IMG/VR virus record: IMGVR_UViG_3300019458_000040 | Location: 1 to 56,243 of that record | Reading direction: 5' to 3' (one strand) | Length of the DNA stretch: 56,243 nucleotides | DNA from: a virus | Lineage: Duplodnaviria > Caudoviricetes | Shown: one piece after another, positions 45,080-54,573 of the stretch | Layout: each line of letters opens with the position of its first letter | How positions within the stretch are numbered: the stretch's first letter is position 1 | Notes under the pieces: model-generated | The model's input: the letters and a program-made list of their open reading frames with translations, nothing else | Told to the model about the DNA's origin: nothing | The model's database searches: none | Made by a program: the position numbers and the translations under genes

Positions 45080-48000
45080 GTGCCTCCGCTCCTCGTCAAT
45101 CTCCGGCCGGAGGCGAACTTCCGTCCCCCGGATTTGTCCGTCATCATCGAGGGCGGAGCCCCGACGCACTTCGCCGCGGTCGCCGACGATTGGGACGACC
45201 CTGGAGATCCGCCGGGGCCGGATCTGACGCCCGACACGTGGATCGGGACCGAGACGCGATTCAACTCGACCGACAACTCGGGCGGCTATTACGTCGGCGC
45301 GTGCGAGGACCTTCGGGACGAGTTCGGCGTCAGCGTCCGTCCGGCGAGCTTCGCGGACCACAAGATCCGCATCCTGTATCGCAATCAACACGGCACCCCG
45401 ACCTCGACGGCGCGCTTCTTCTTCGGCCTCGCGCGCGGCGGCCAGAACGTCTACATGTTCAGCCGGTCCCCCACGCATTCCAACTGGCTCGCCGAGGAAG
45501 TCGACGTGCCCGTCGATCTCATCTCGCTTCATCTCGGAAGCCTGGGCGACTACAACAACATCAACGTCTTCTGCTACGCGGACGGGAACAATCCGCCTCA
45601 GGCGACGGAAGCATGGGCGCTCAACTGCGCGCACATCTCGCTCCTCGTTCCGGATCCGACGACAGACCGAGTCACGCGTCACGGCGTCGAGGTCCTCGCA
45701 AAGCACGTCCTCCAAGTGCGGGCGACGCGCCACGCGGCCGAGGCCCTGACGAAGCGCGAGGGCGTCCAGGTCACTCGCCACGGCGTCGAAGTCCTCTATC
45801 GCACTCCGATCCGAGCGACGCGCTTGGGTGTCGAGATCCTCGCGAAGTTTCGGCAGGAGATGCGGGCGACGCGTGTGGGCGTCGAGGTCCTCGCGAAACG
45901 GCAAGGCCAGGAGTCGCGAGCAACCCGGCTCGGCGTCGAGGTTCTTGCCAAGGTGCAGGGTGCTGCGGCGACGCGGCTCGGGACCGAGGTCTTGAGCAAG
46001 AGGCAGGGCGTTCAGGCGACGCGGCACGCTGTCGAAGTCCTCTCGAAATACCTCTCCGGGAGCCTCGAGATCCGTGCCACACGCGTGGCCGTCGAGGTTG
46101 TCTCGAAGATCCCTTTCGCCCGCGACACGGTCGAGCCGCTCTCGTTCCCGATCGTGCCGCCGAACCTCCTGCGCGCGGACTGGGGTGCGGAACTCACGGT
46201 CGAGAGCGCGTACTCGACGGACGTCACGCGCGCGGCGACGACCATCGCGGAGGAACGCCGGGCCCTCGTCGATCGACCCTACCGGACCTTCGGTGTGCGC
46301 TTCGTCGGGCAGGACAGCGAGCGCGTGCTCCAGGCGACGATGAACCTCGCGCGCCGCGGCCACACGCGGACGATCCTGCCGATCTACCCGGATTTCGCGG
46401 TCGTGAAGAAGCTCATCGCACCGGACTTCATCGGCTGCGATCCGCTCTATCGCCGTTTCCACCGCGGGCAGCGCGTCGTCATCCACACCTGGAGCGGGGT
46501 GAACCCCGGGCTCGTCGAGTACGCGGTCGTCCGCAGCGTCAACGCCGAGGGGCTCGAGCTCGTCTCGCCCCTCGCGGGCAGCTTCCCGAAGGGCTCCCGC
46601 GTCTATCCCCTGGTCGACGTCGAGATCGCCCTCGAGGCCGGCCTCGAGAGCCTCGTCTCGGACGCGCTCCGGCAGACGCTGACCCTCGCCGAGGTCATCG
46701 GGAAGAGCGCTCTCCCGGCGCTCGCCACCGGCGCGCCGCCCGAGCCGCACCACGTCGACGGCTTTCCGATCCTCGTCCTTTCGCCGGACTGGGCGAGCGG
46801 TCTCACGAGTCGTGTCGTCCGCCACGGATCGCAGATCGGCTCCGGCCGCGGGCTTGTCACCGGCCTTGCCGGCGCGCGGCCGGTCTTCGTTCACGAGGCG
46901 AAGCTCAAGTTCCTCAATCGCGCGGCCTTCTGGCGCGTCCTTCGGTTCTTCGATTCGCGGCTCGGCCGCGCGCGCACGTTCTGGACCGTCTCGCCCCAGG
47001 CTCTCTTCGTGCCGACGGCGATCCCGACTTCGACCACGATCGACGTGAAGCAGTCCGGCAACCTGTCCGATCTCCAGGCCTTTCTCCAGCACATCGGGAT
47101 CGTCCGGAGGGACGGCTCGGTCACGATCCACAAGGTGAGCTCGATCGTTGTTCAGGGATCCGACTGGCGCGTCACCGTCATCGAGCCGCACTCGCTCTCG
47201 GGCGTGGGCGAGATCCGGCGTCTCACGTCGGCGCACTTCGGCCGGTACTTCGAGGACAGCCTGCTCGAGGAGTGGTCGACCGACAACGTCTGCGAGTCGC
47301 GATTCCAGACCATTGAGCTTCTCGAGGAGAAGGCGGTCACGATTCCAGACGTCGTCGAGGGCCTTACGGTGACCGGCCCGGATTCCGTGACGGGCCTCTT
47401 CGCTTGGTTCGATTCGGGTCTCGGCACCTTCACGAGTCCGAGCGACATGGCAGGCCCTACGATCCTTCGGACGTCGAAGGCCGTGCCAGGTGACGCCGTC
47501 TCCGCTTGGGACGACGTTCGGACTCCCGCCGGCGGGCTTCCCTCTCTCGCCGGTGCCGCCCTCGCCGCGGACCGGCCGAAGCTCGTGTTCATGGAGAACC
47601 CCGAGCTCAACAACAACCGCCGGTCGATGCGATTCGACTCGGGCCCGCGCTGGTTCCGGTTCCGCACGAGCGACGCGAGCGAGAACGCGGATCCGTTTTG
47701 GGACAACACGCTCGGCCTCACGGTCTTCCTCAACGTTCGGCTCACTGCGGAGCAATTCCTCGAGCGCAAGTTCGTCTGGCGGTCCGGGATTCTCGAGTGG
47801 GACTCGCTCGTCGTACGACTCTACGAGAACGACGGCTCGGGCGCAGTCACGCTCACGATGCCCCCGGGCTGGGCCTTGGGCTCGACCCTCCGCACGCTCG
47901 CGCTCGTGTGGAAGCCGAACGACTACATCCGGCTTTACCGGAACGGCGGCGCGCCCGTCGTCGAGCAGACGGCTCAGAAAATCATCGATCTCCCGACGGT

Positions 48001-48190
48001 CGCTCGCGTCACGGACATCTGCAAGTTCGCAGGCGACGTGACCTCGCAGTCTGACGAGTTCGCGATCGGGCTCGACCCGTTCCTCAACTCCGCGATCTTC
48101 TATCGACGCGCGCTCAACAACGCGGGGCTCAACGGCGTGGGGACCTTCCTCGCCAACGCGTTCGGCACCCCGTGGACGACGGTAACCTGA
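45080..48190 (+). CDS. Multidomain distal tail protein (repeats, Dit-like region, C-terminal LamG-like domain)
   Basis: Nine TRxxVEVL-type repeats; DW...EERRAL..RP and FFDSRLGRARTFW motifs; GLFAWFD...VSAWDD. Confidence 0.75.
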   Translation: MPPLLVNLRPEANFRPPDLSVIIEGGAPTHFAAVADDWDDPGDPPGPDLTPDTWIGTETRFNSTDNSGGYYVGACEDLRDEFGVSVRPASFADHKIRILYRNQHGTPTSTARFFFGLARGGQNVYMFSRSPTHSNWLAEEVDVPVDLISLHLGSLGDYNNINVFCYADGNNPPQATEAWALNCAHISLLVPDPTTDRVTRHGVEVLAKHVLQVRATRHAAEALTKREGVQVTRHGVEVLYRTPIRATRLGVEILAKFRQEMRATRVGVEVLAKRQGQESRATRLGVEVLAKVQGAAATRLGTEVLSKRQGVQATRHAVEVLSKYLSGSLEIRATRVAVEVVSKIPFARDTVEPLSFPIVPPNLLRADWGAELTVESAYSTDVTRAATTIAEERRALVDRPYRTFGVRFVGQDSERVLQATMNLARRGHTRTILPIYPDFAVVKKLIAPDFIGCDPLYRRFHRGQRVVIHTWSGVNPGLVEYAVVRSVNAEGLELVSPLAGSFPKGSRVYPLVDVEIALEAGLESLVSDALRQTLTLAEVIGKSALPALATGAPPEPHHVDGFPILVLSPDWASGLTSRVVRHGSQIGSGRGLVTGLAGARPVFVHEAKLKFLNRAAFWRVLRFFDSRLGRARTFWTVSPQALFVPTAIPTSTTIDVKQSGNLSDLQAFLQHIGIVRRDGSVTIHKVSSIVVQGSDWRVTVIEPHSLSGVGEIRRLTSAHFGRYFEDSLLEEWSTDNVCESRFQTIELLEEKAVTIPDVVEGLTVTGPDSVTGLFAWFDSGLGTFTSPSDMAGPTILRTSKAVPGDAVSAWDDVRTPAGGLPSLAGAALAADRPKLVFMENPELNNNRRSMRFDSGPRWFRFRTSDASENADPFWDNTLGLTVFLNVRLTAEQFLERKFVWRSGILEWDSLVVRLYENDGSGAVTLTMPPGWALGSTLRTLALVWKPNDYIRLYRNGGAPVVEQTAQKIIDLPTVARVTDICKFAGDVTSQSDEFAIGLDPFLNSAIFYRRALNNAGLNGVGTFLANAFGTPWTTVT

Positions 48191-48191
48191 C

Positions 48192-49043
48192 ATGGCGACT
48201 CGAGACGAGTCCGAAAAACGGTGCTTCCTCCTGATCGCCTTCCGGTACGGCAATCCCTTGTCACCGACATTCATCCGCTACTCCGACTACACCGACGACG
48301 TGACCTCGGGCGGATTCACGTACTCCTCGATTCCGGAGATCCGCGCGCGCATCCCTGCCTACACGGGCGGGCTGACAGAGGAAACCCTTCTCATCGAGGT
48401 CCCGCGCAATGCGTTCGTCGATCGCCTTTCGAACGGCGAGGCGCACGCTCCGGTCGACGTCACGGTCGTGGAGGTCCTCGACGTCGCGAGCCTCGCCACG
48501 TCGGCGCCGCACATGGACACGCTCTTCAAGGGACGGCTCACGAAAGCGGTCCGGAACTACAACAAGCAGAAGGGGATCGTCGGGCTCTTCGCGCAGAACT
48601 GGAAAGGGCGTCTCAAGGCCTCGCTCGGGATGCCGGCGCTGAACGAGTGCGTTCTGACCTTCGGTGGCAAGGGCTGCCGCGTCATCGTGCCGACGGTGCC
48701 GGGCGAAGTGACGCAGATCGTCGACAACCGGCTCACGATAAAGAAGCCTGGCGGATCGGCGTCACTCGATCCCGTGGCCGATCGCCAGTGGCAATGGGGC
48801 TACATCGAGCGCGAGGGTCTCCGGCTCACGACGCGCGACTGGTCGAACACGAGCCCGGAGAACCCGGATCACTTCTACCTCGACGACTACGCGCCGCAGG
48901 ACTGGCTGAACCAGGCGGTGACCGTCGTCGCCGGTTGCTCGAAGCTCATCTCGGGGTGTCGGTTCTGGTTGAACGAGGAGCGGTTCCTGGGGATCGGAAT
49001 CGCCATCCCCGCGCGGCACCCGGTCCTCGAGGGGGGCGTCTGA
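48192..49043 (+). CDS. DUF2163/BR0599-like baseplate hub protein
   Basis: CVLTFGGKGCRV and VAGCSKLISGC...NEERFLG Cys motifs. Confidence 0.8.
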   Translation: MATRDESEKRCFLLIAFRYGNPLSPTFIRYSDYTDDVTSGGFTYSSIPEIRARIPAYTGGLTEETLLIEVPRNAFVDRLSNGEAHAPVDVTVVEVLDVASLATSAPHMDTLFKGRLTKAVRNYNKQKGIVGLFAQNWKGRLKASLGMPALNECVLTFGGKGCRVIVPTVPGEVTQIVDNRLTIKKPGGSASLDPVADRQWQWGYIEREGLRLTTRDWSNTSPENPDHFYLDDYAPQDWLNQAVTVVAGCSKLISGCRFWLNEERFLGIGIAIPARHPVLEGGV

Positions 49044-49045
49044 CG

Positions 49046-49327
49046 ATGCCGAACCGCAAGGCGAAGGCCGCGGCGAATCGCCTCGCCGAGACGTTCGACG
49101 TCGAGCCCGGGCCGAGCGAGTGGAAGCGGATCCAGCTCGGTCGCTCGGACTCCGCCGTCATCGGCTGTCCGCGGTGCGGGGCCGTGACCGATCTGCACGA
49201 CTCTCACATCGCTCCCGACGGCGCCGTGTCGCCGGCATTCGAGTGCCGTCAGTTCGCCTGCGGGCTCTCGCTCCACATCGTCCTCGAGGGCTGGGCGGCG
49301 GACAAAGCTACGGAGACCCACTCGTGA
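49046..49327 (+). CDS. Small zinc-binding protein
   Basis: CPRCG, HIAPDGAVSP, CRQFAC..H. Confidence 0.65.
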   Translation: MPNRKAKAAANRLAETFDVEPGPSEWKRIQLGRSDSAVIGCPRCGAVTDLHDSHIAPDGAVSPAFECRQFACGLSLHIVLEGWAADKATETHS

Positions 49328-49890
49328 CGATCGTCCGCGTCGTGCCGCTGCCGTTCACGTGGGAGGGGCTCCCGGCGGAGCTCGACGCCGGCGGCGCCGT
49401 GACGGCGAAGCTCGAGCGCATCCTCGGCACCTGGGAAGGGACGCCGTACATGGAGGGCTGCCAGGCCGTGGGCTCGGGCGGCGGGGTCGACTGCGTCCGG
49501 TTCGTCTCCGGAGTCCTCGACGCGCTCTACGGCTTCCAGCGCGTCCCGATCGACCGGCTGCCCCAGGACATGGCGCTCCACCGGCCCGAGTCGGCCCGGG
49601 CCGCGATGAGGCAGATCCTGCGCATCTACGAACCGAACGTCGAGGTGAAGGACGGCCGCGCGCAGCCGGGCGACGTCGTGATCGTGGGCGAGGCGCAGGG
49701 CGGCCCGGGCCACGCGCTCATCGTCGGCACGCGGAAGAACACGCTCTGGCACGCAACGCAGTCGATCGGCGTCCACTTCACGGGCTTCGGGCAGTACGCG
49801 CGGGTCGCGGTCGTGCACGCGGTCTTTAGGATGGCGGATCGAGAACAGTGGCGTGACCACTCAGCGGACCGAGAGGCACCCAAGCAATGA
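49324..49890 (+). CDS. NlpC/P60-family tail-associated peptidase
   Basis: WEGTPY, GVDCVRFV, PGDVVI, GHALI, WHA. Confidence 0.9.
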   Translation: MTIVRVVPLPFTWEGLPAELDAGGAVTAKLERILGTWEGTPYMEGCQAVGSGGGVDCVRFVSGVLDALYGFQRVPIDRLPQDMALHRPESARAAMRQILRIYEPNVEVKDGRAQPGDVVIVGEAQGGPGHALIVGTRKNTLWHATQSIGVHFTGFGQYARVAVVHAVFRMADREQWRDHSADREAPKQ

Positions 49891-50166
49891 GCCCGGCGTC
49901 GTTTAGAACGATCGCGCGGTCGTCGACGGAAGCCCCGTCTACGGACGCGGCGTTGCTTGTCCACGGTTGTCCCGAGTCGGCGCATCTCTCGTGCAGGAGA
50001 CAGATTACGAGAAATGTCCCCGTTGTCCCCGGCCGCGTCCGTGATCAGCGATTGCCCCTTTTGCGACCTCAAATGAGGTTCGAAAACAGGAAGTAGCGAG
50101 GGCGGGCACGAACCGCACTTCGTGCCCCAGGCAAGTTTCCTCAAGACGAAGTAGCGAGGGACCCTG

Positions 50167-52845
50167 ATGTCGATCCCCGTCGTCCTCCTCGTCGCCGGCC
50201 TCGCGGCCTCGCTCGCGGGCGCGGCGCTGCTGCGCCGGCGCGACCCGAACGTCCTGAAGGACGACAAGCCTTCCACGACGGCGCGCCGCGGCGACTACCT
50301 ACCGCTCGTCACGGGGCGCGCGATCGTGGGGCCGGTCGTGCTCTGGGTCGGGGAGTCCTTCACGAAGCAGGAGGAGGTCCGCGGTGGGGGGAAGGGAGGG
50401 AAGCGGCAGAAGCAGCGGATCTACTACGAGAAGGCCTGGCACGGGCTCTGTGTCGGGCCGGCGTTCCGGCTCCACAGGATCCGGCAGAACGGCGAGACGA
50501 TCTTCGAGGGGCCGATCGACTCGGAGTCGCACCCGCCGGGCTCGACGATCGAGACGGGGAAGCACGGCGCCTTCTCGATCTTCTGGGGCGAGGAAGATCA
50601 GCCGATCAACACCTTCCTCCAGCCCTCGACGCGCGTCGGCGTCGGGTCGCGCTGGCCCTTTGTGTGCTACATCATCTGGCACGAGAAGCGCCTCGGCCTC
50701 TCGAAGAACTGGGCTCTCCTCGATTATGAGATCGAGGTCCTGCCCTTTGGGTCGACGCTCGTTCGCACGAGTGCGTTCCAGGGCCCCAGCTTCGTCCTGA
50801 ACGGGATGCCACGCCCGGTCTTCACGGCGATGTCGGGCGGGCCCGGCCAGGCGCAGCTCGCGACGATCGTCATCGACGGCGGCGACTTCCGCCGCGAGTT
50901 CCCCCCCGGCGGCCGCCTCCGGCTCACGGGCAACTCCGCCGGCGACGCCGACCACAAGATTCTCGGCGTCTCGTACACGCGCACGCCGGGCATCCCGCCC
51001 GTCGAGCGGACGACCATCACGCTCGCCGACGACCTCACGAACGCGAATAACCAGGGGAACGTCGAGGGCTATCTCTTCAACGAGGACGACGGCGTCAATC
51101 CGGTGCATGTGCTCGACCAGCTCATGCGGGAGCCGTTCCCCCACGGGCTCGGCGGCATGGACGGGGCCGTCGCTGACATCAGCGCGGACAGCCTCGAGGC
51201 CCTCGCGCAGCTCATGGTCGTCGAGGGCATCGTCGGTCACGTCGTCGCGGAGGATGGTGAGACAGCGCAGAGCGCGATCGCCGGGATCCTCACCGATCTC
51301 GGCGCCGTCGTCTCGCTCGAGCACATCTCCGGACTCTGGCAGTTCCGGGCGGTCCGGAAGCCGGTGCCTCCGATCCCGATCCTTCCGGCCGATGTCATCC
51401 TCGATCCCGAGCCCGAGATAGAGAACCAGCTCGGACCGCGGCCAGTGGACCGCGCCATCTTCGAATTCCTCGATCGAGAGAAGAACTTCCGGACGAACGA
51501 AGTCGCTTTTGACGGCGACGGTCAGGCGGCTCTCGAGGGCCACTCGAAGCCGAAGAAGATTGCGATGGAGATTCCGATACATTACCGCGTCGCCGAGAAG
51601 ATCGCGGACCGCCGGTCCCTCGAGACGAACGCGCACGGGAACCGCTACGACATCAAGGCGAACCGCTCGACGCGGCTCATGATGCCCGGGCGGGCGTTCG
51701 TCGCGAGCGGGATCGCCCAAGTCCTCCGGCTCGTCGAGAAGCGGATCGACCCGCTTACCTCCGACGTGACGCTCGTTGCTTCGACCGATGTCTATGGCGT
51801 GCGGGCGCAGACGTTCATCGGCGATCCCGAGACGCCCGATGAACCGGACACCCCTGATCCGATCCTCGATCCAGAGGGGGCGATCTTCGAGATTCCGCCG
51901 CCCTTGAAGCGCGATGACGAGCCACTCGTCGCCCCGCTTCGCATCCGGGACAACGATCGCATCCGTGGGGCCGACATCTTCGTGTCGGAAGACGACGTCA
52001 CGTACGCGCACGTCGGCTTCGTCGACACGGCGGCGACGGGAGGACGACTCCTCGAGCCTCTCTCGGCCACGACCGACGATCACCTCGAGACCGGGCCGAT
52101 CTTCCAGCTCCTCGGGCCCGACGGCGCGAACATCCGCGACTTCTCGCTCGACCCGATCTCCTGGCACCGCGGTCGACAGCTCGTCGTCTCCGGGAACGGC
52201 GAGATCTGCCTCCTCCGGAACGTCGTCGCGCTCGGCGGCGGGCAGTACCGCCTCATGGGCCTCATCCGCGCGCGGCTCCAGTCGACGCGCGTCGCGCACG
52301 TCGTGAACGAACCCGTCTTCATCGTCGACCCGCGGCTCATCATCCCGCTCCGTGACGCGGCCTTCGAGCCCGGGGCGACGATCTACTTCAAGATCCAGCC
52401 CTTCACGCTTGAGTCGCAGGGGATTCCGCTCTCGGAGATCCCGGCGCTGCAGCACGTCATCGAGGGCCACGGCGTCGTGCCGCTCGACCCGGCGAACCTC
52501 TTCACGACGAACCAGACGAACAGCTACATCCCGGGCGAGAGCCCTGTCTTCACGTGGAGCTTCCGGAGCCCGCTCGCGCGCCGCGGCGGCGCCGGCTACC
52601 AGGGCTACGGGAAGCCCACGGCCGCAGCGCAGCCGTTCGGGACGTTCAGGCTCCGCTACCGGGACACGTTCAGCGGGACCGTGCGCGGCGAGTCGTCGGG
52701 GATCCTCCGCCCGCCGTTCACGTACGCGAACAGCGTCCTGCAAGGGCACTTCGGCGGGGAGCCCTCGGAGTTCGACGTCGAGGTCGTCAACGTAGCGAAC
52801 GGCTTCGAGTCGGCGAAGGCTACGGCTAGGATCTTGCTCGACTGA
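50167..52845 (+). CDS. Tail tip/host specificity protein (GTA-like)
   Basis: LPLVTGR...VLWVG, GGGKGG, NPVHVL, YRLMGLIRARLQS, IYFKIQPF. Confidence 0.85.
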   Translation: MSIPVVLLVAGLAASLAGAALLRRRDPNVLKDDKPSTTARRGDYLPLVTGRAIVGPVVLWVGESFTKQEEVRGGGKGGKRQKQRIYYEKAWHGLCVGPAFRLHRIRQNGETIFEGPIDSESHPPGSTIETGKHGAFSIFWGEEDQPINTFLQPSTRVGVGSRWPFVCYIIWHEKRLGLSKNWALLDYEIEVLPFGSTLVRTSAFQGPSFVLNGMPRPVFTAMSGGPGQAQLATIVIDGGDFRREFPPGGRLRLTGNSAGDADHKILGVSYTRTPGIPPVERTTITLADDLTNANNQGNVEGYLFNEDDGVNPVHVLDQLMREPFPHGLGGMDGAVADISADSLEALAQLMVVEGIVGHVVAEDGETAQSAIAGILTDLGAVVSLEHISGLWQFRAVRKPVPPIPILPADVILDPEPEIENQLGPRPVDRAIFEFLDREKNFRTNEVAFDGDGQAALEGHSKPKKIAMEIPIHYRVAEKIADRRSLETNAHGNRYDIKANRSTRLMMPGRAFVASGIAQVLRLVEKRIDPLTSDVTLVASTDVYGVRAQTFIGDPETPDEPDTPDPILDPEGAIFEIPPPLKRDDEPLVAPLRIRDNDRIRGADIFVSEDDVTYAHVGFVDTAATGGRLLEPLSATTDDHLETGPIFQLLGPDGANIRDFSLDPISWHRGRQLVVSGNGEICLLRNVVALGGGQYRLMGLIRARLQSTRVAHVVNEPVFIVDPRLIIPLRDAAFEPGATIYFKIQPFTLESQGIPLSEIPALQHVIEGHGVVPLDPANLFTTNQTNSYIPGESPVFTWSFRSPLARRGGAGYQGYGKPTAAAQPFGTFRLRYRDTFSGTVRGESSGILRPPFTYANSVLQGHFGGEPSEFDVEVVNVANGFESAKATARILLD

Positions 52846-52849
52846 CCGG

Positions 52850-53107
52850 TCACTCTGGCGGCGTCACGGCGTTACGTAAGTGCTCGCCACCGAATTGGCG
52901 CAAGTAATCGAGGGCGTCGATCACGAAGGGGTCGGAGAAGGGCGCTACGTTCTCTCCAAAGATCGTCGCCCGGATCGCCGGCACGAGTTGTTCGGCAACG
53001 ATTCGCGTTCGCCGCCTCGTCGCCTTGAATGACCCGTCCGGCCCGTCCAGCTCGTAACCGATCCGCTCCCACGCACAGTGGAATTCGTCGAGTGTCATGC
53101 GGGACAT
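52850..53107 (-). CDS. Small hypothetical protein opposing the tail operon
   Basis: ATG at 53107; 85 aa; protein-like composition. Confidence 0.55.
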   Translation of the reverse strand: MSRMTLDEFHCAWERIGYELDGPDGSFKATRRRTRIVAEQLVPAIRATIFGENVAPFSDPFVIDALDYLRQFGGEHLRNAVTPPE

Positions 53108-53115
53108 CGTAGCTC

Positions 53116-53159
53116 GGGCGCCGTGGGGCGCGAACGGGGAATCGCGCCCCACGGCGCCC
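53116..53159. repeat. 18 bp perfect inverted repeat
   Basis: GGGCGCCGTGGGGCGCGA-N8-TCGCGCCCCACGGCGCCC. Confidence 0.85.
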
Positions 53160-53396
53160 CCTTGACGAGCCCGCCACAGGTCCTCGTGCGAGCGCCCGCT
53201 ACGAGCGCCCCTTGACCGCCCCGCGCGGCTCGCTACACCCAATCTCGTCGCGCGGCCGCCTCCGCCGCGGGATCACCGAACCAGAGCGGTGTCGTGCGGG
53301 GCAAGAAGGGGCGGGCGGCCCGGGAGCTTCGAACGCCGAACCCTCCGGGCCGCTCGGCCTCCTTCGATCGATCGACGGGCGGGAGGGACGCGCTAG

Positions 53397-53651
53397 ATGC
53401 CGCGACCGGGATGGAAAGACCTGCAGGCGGGCCTCGAGAACTGGGACGCCGCGGTCCGCGACAACTTCCGGAACTTCTCCGAGCGGCCGACGCCGCTCTT
53501 TCTCATGGCCCAAGGAACGATCGGGAGCTACCCCGCGTCGCAGTACGCGCAGTGCGACGCGACGTACGAGTCGAGCCCGGGCGTCTTCGTGCGGATCTGG
53601 TCGAACGGGGTGAACTGGATCAACCTCGTGAACGGGAACGTCGTCGCGTGA
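53397..53651 (+). CDS. Short tail-fiber-like protein
   Basis: GGGAGG RBS; NWDAAVRDNF and WSNGVNW motifs. Confidence 0.6.
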   Translation: MPRPGWKDLQAGLENWDAAVRDNFRNFSERPTPLFLMAQGTIGSYPASQYAQCDATYESSPGVFVRIWSNGVNWINLVNGNVVA

Positions 53652-53908
53652 CGGGTCCGCTTCTCGTGCTCGTGCTCCTCATCACCCCCAACCAAGGGCT
53701 CACGTTCGTCCTGATCTTGCGGAGCGCGCGGGCCCCGCCGACGCCGGTCAACCCCAACCGGCCCACGACGCCACGGCCGCCGCGCTGGCCGAGCGATTGC
53801 CGACACACGTTCTGCGAGACGCGATGCGCCGAGACGCAGCTCGAGCGCGAGCGGAGGGAGTTCGAGGAGTCGATGTGGCTCGAGCCCGGGAAGGATCATC
53901 TGGAGTGA
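53648..53908 (+). CDS. Small membrane protein
   Basis: GTGA coupling; hydrophobic N-terminus. Confidence 0.5.
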   Translation: MTGPLLVLVLLITPNQGLTFVLILRSARAPPTPVNPNRPTTPRPPRWPSDCRHTFCETRCAETQLERERREFEESMWLEPGKDHLE

Positions 53909-54141
53909 GCGCGGAGGCGAAACCCGCTCTGGCCGCGCTGCCTTCCGAGTCGCTCGCCGAAATGAACGAGCGCCACCTCAAGATCCTCCGCGTCATCCAA
54001 GGGAAGGCGCTCGAGGCGCTCCGCGGGGCGAGCTTCAAGACCGCCGCCGAAGCGGCGAGCGCGCTGCGTGAGGCGATCCGAGAGGAGCGGAAAATCCGTC
54101 GGCCGGCGAGGCGACTATCGGGGCGGCGGCGGCTCCGCTAG
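53905..54141 (+). CDS. Small helical protein
   Basis: GTGA coupling; RHLKILRVIQGKALEAL...AIREERKIR. Confidence 0.55.
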   Translation: MSAEAKPALAALPSESLAEMNERHLKILRVIQGKALEALRGASFKTAAEAASALREAIREERKIRRPARRLSGRRRLR

Positions 54142-54192
54142 ACGAGCACCGAATTCCCGAACGAGATCCCGCCCGCGCCTCGACGAGCCGTC

Positions 54193-54573
54193 TCACCCTT
54201 CCTCGAGCGCGACGAGCATCGTCGTCTGCGCTCGCACTTCTTGATCGACTTCGAGGAGCCACCGCACCTTCCCGACCGAGAGGAATCCGCCCGCGAGCGG
54301 CTGGACGATCGAGTGTGTCGCGGGGAGTGCGGTGACGGCGAATTCCTCGCAGATGGGGGCGATCAAGTCACGTCCGTCCTCGGAGACGCAGCGGATCGCG
54401 TAGCGGTGCGGACCGACGTCACCTGGCTCCGCCTCGAAGAGAATCACGACCGCAGCGCGGAAGGGGATCGGGAGGCGGGGGCCGGTGACGCGGTTCAGGC
54501 CGGCGCGGAGGATCGAGACCGTCTGGTCGACGTGCTTGCCGGCGCCTTCGGCGAGGAGGAAGGTGACTTTCAC
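54193..54573 (-). CDS. DUF6941-like protein
   Basis: FLLAEGA...VSILRAG...P..P beta-sandwich pattern; coupled to the upstream gene. Confidence 0.55.
   Translation of the reverse strand: MKVTFLLAEGAGKHVDQTVSILRAGLNRVTGPRLPIPFRAAVVILFEAEPGDVGPHRYAIRCVSEDGRDLIAPICEEFAVTALPATHSIVQPLAGGFLSVGKVRWLLEVDQEVRAQTTMLVALEEG

Larger units (their letters stand above)
1..54141 (+). mobile_element. Siphovirus-like (pro)phage, left end outside the window
   Basis: Co-oriented recombination, terminase, portal, protease, capsid, tail tube, tape measure and tail tip genes in canonical order; right boundary inferred only from the switch to minus-strand genes. Confidence 0.93.

Noticed and set aside
45080-52845. 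Element is a gene transfer agent
   Set aside because: The tip module is GTA-like, but the long tape measure, recombination genes and large accessory region indicate a phage
42109-53651. Diversity-generating retroelement or invertible tail fiber cassette
   Set aside because: No reverse transcriptase, invertase or near-identical TR/VR pair seen; the paralogs diverge throughout
54141-54200. attR site at the right boundary
   Set aside because: No tRNA or core repeat is identifiable without the left end
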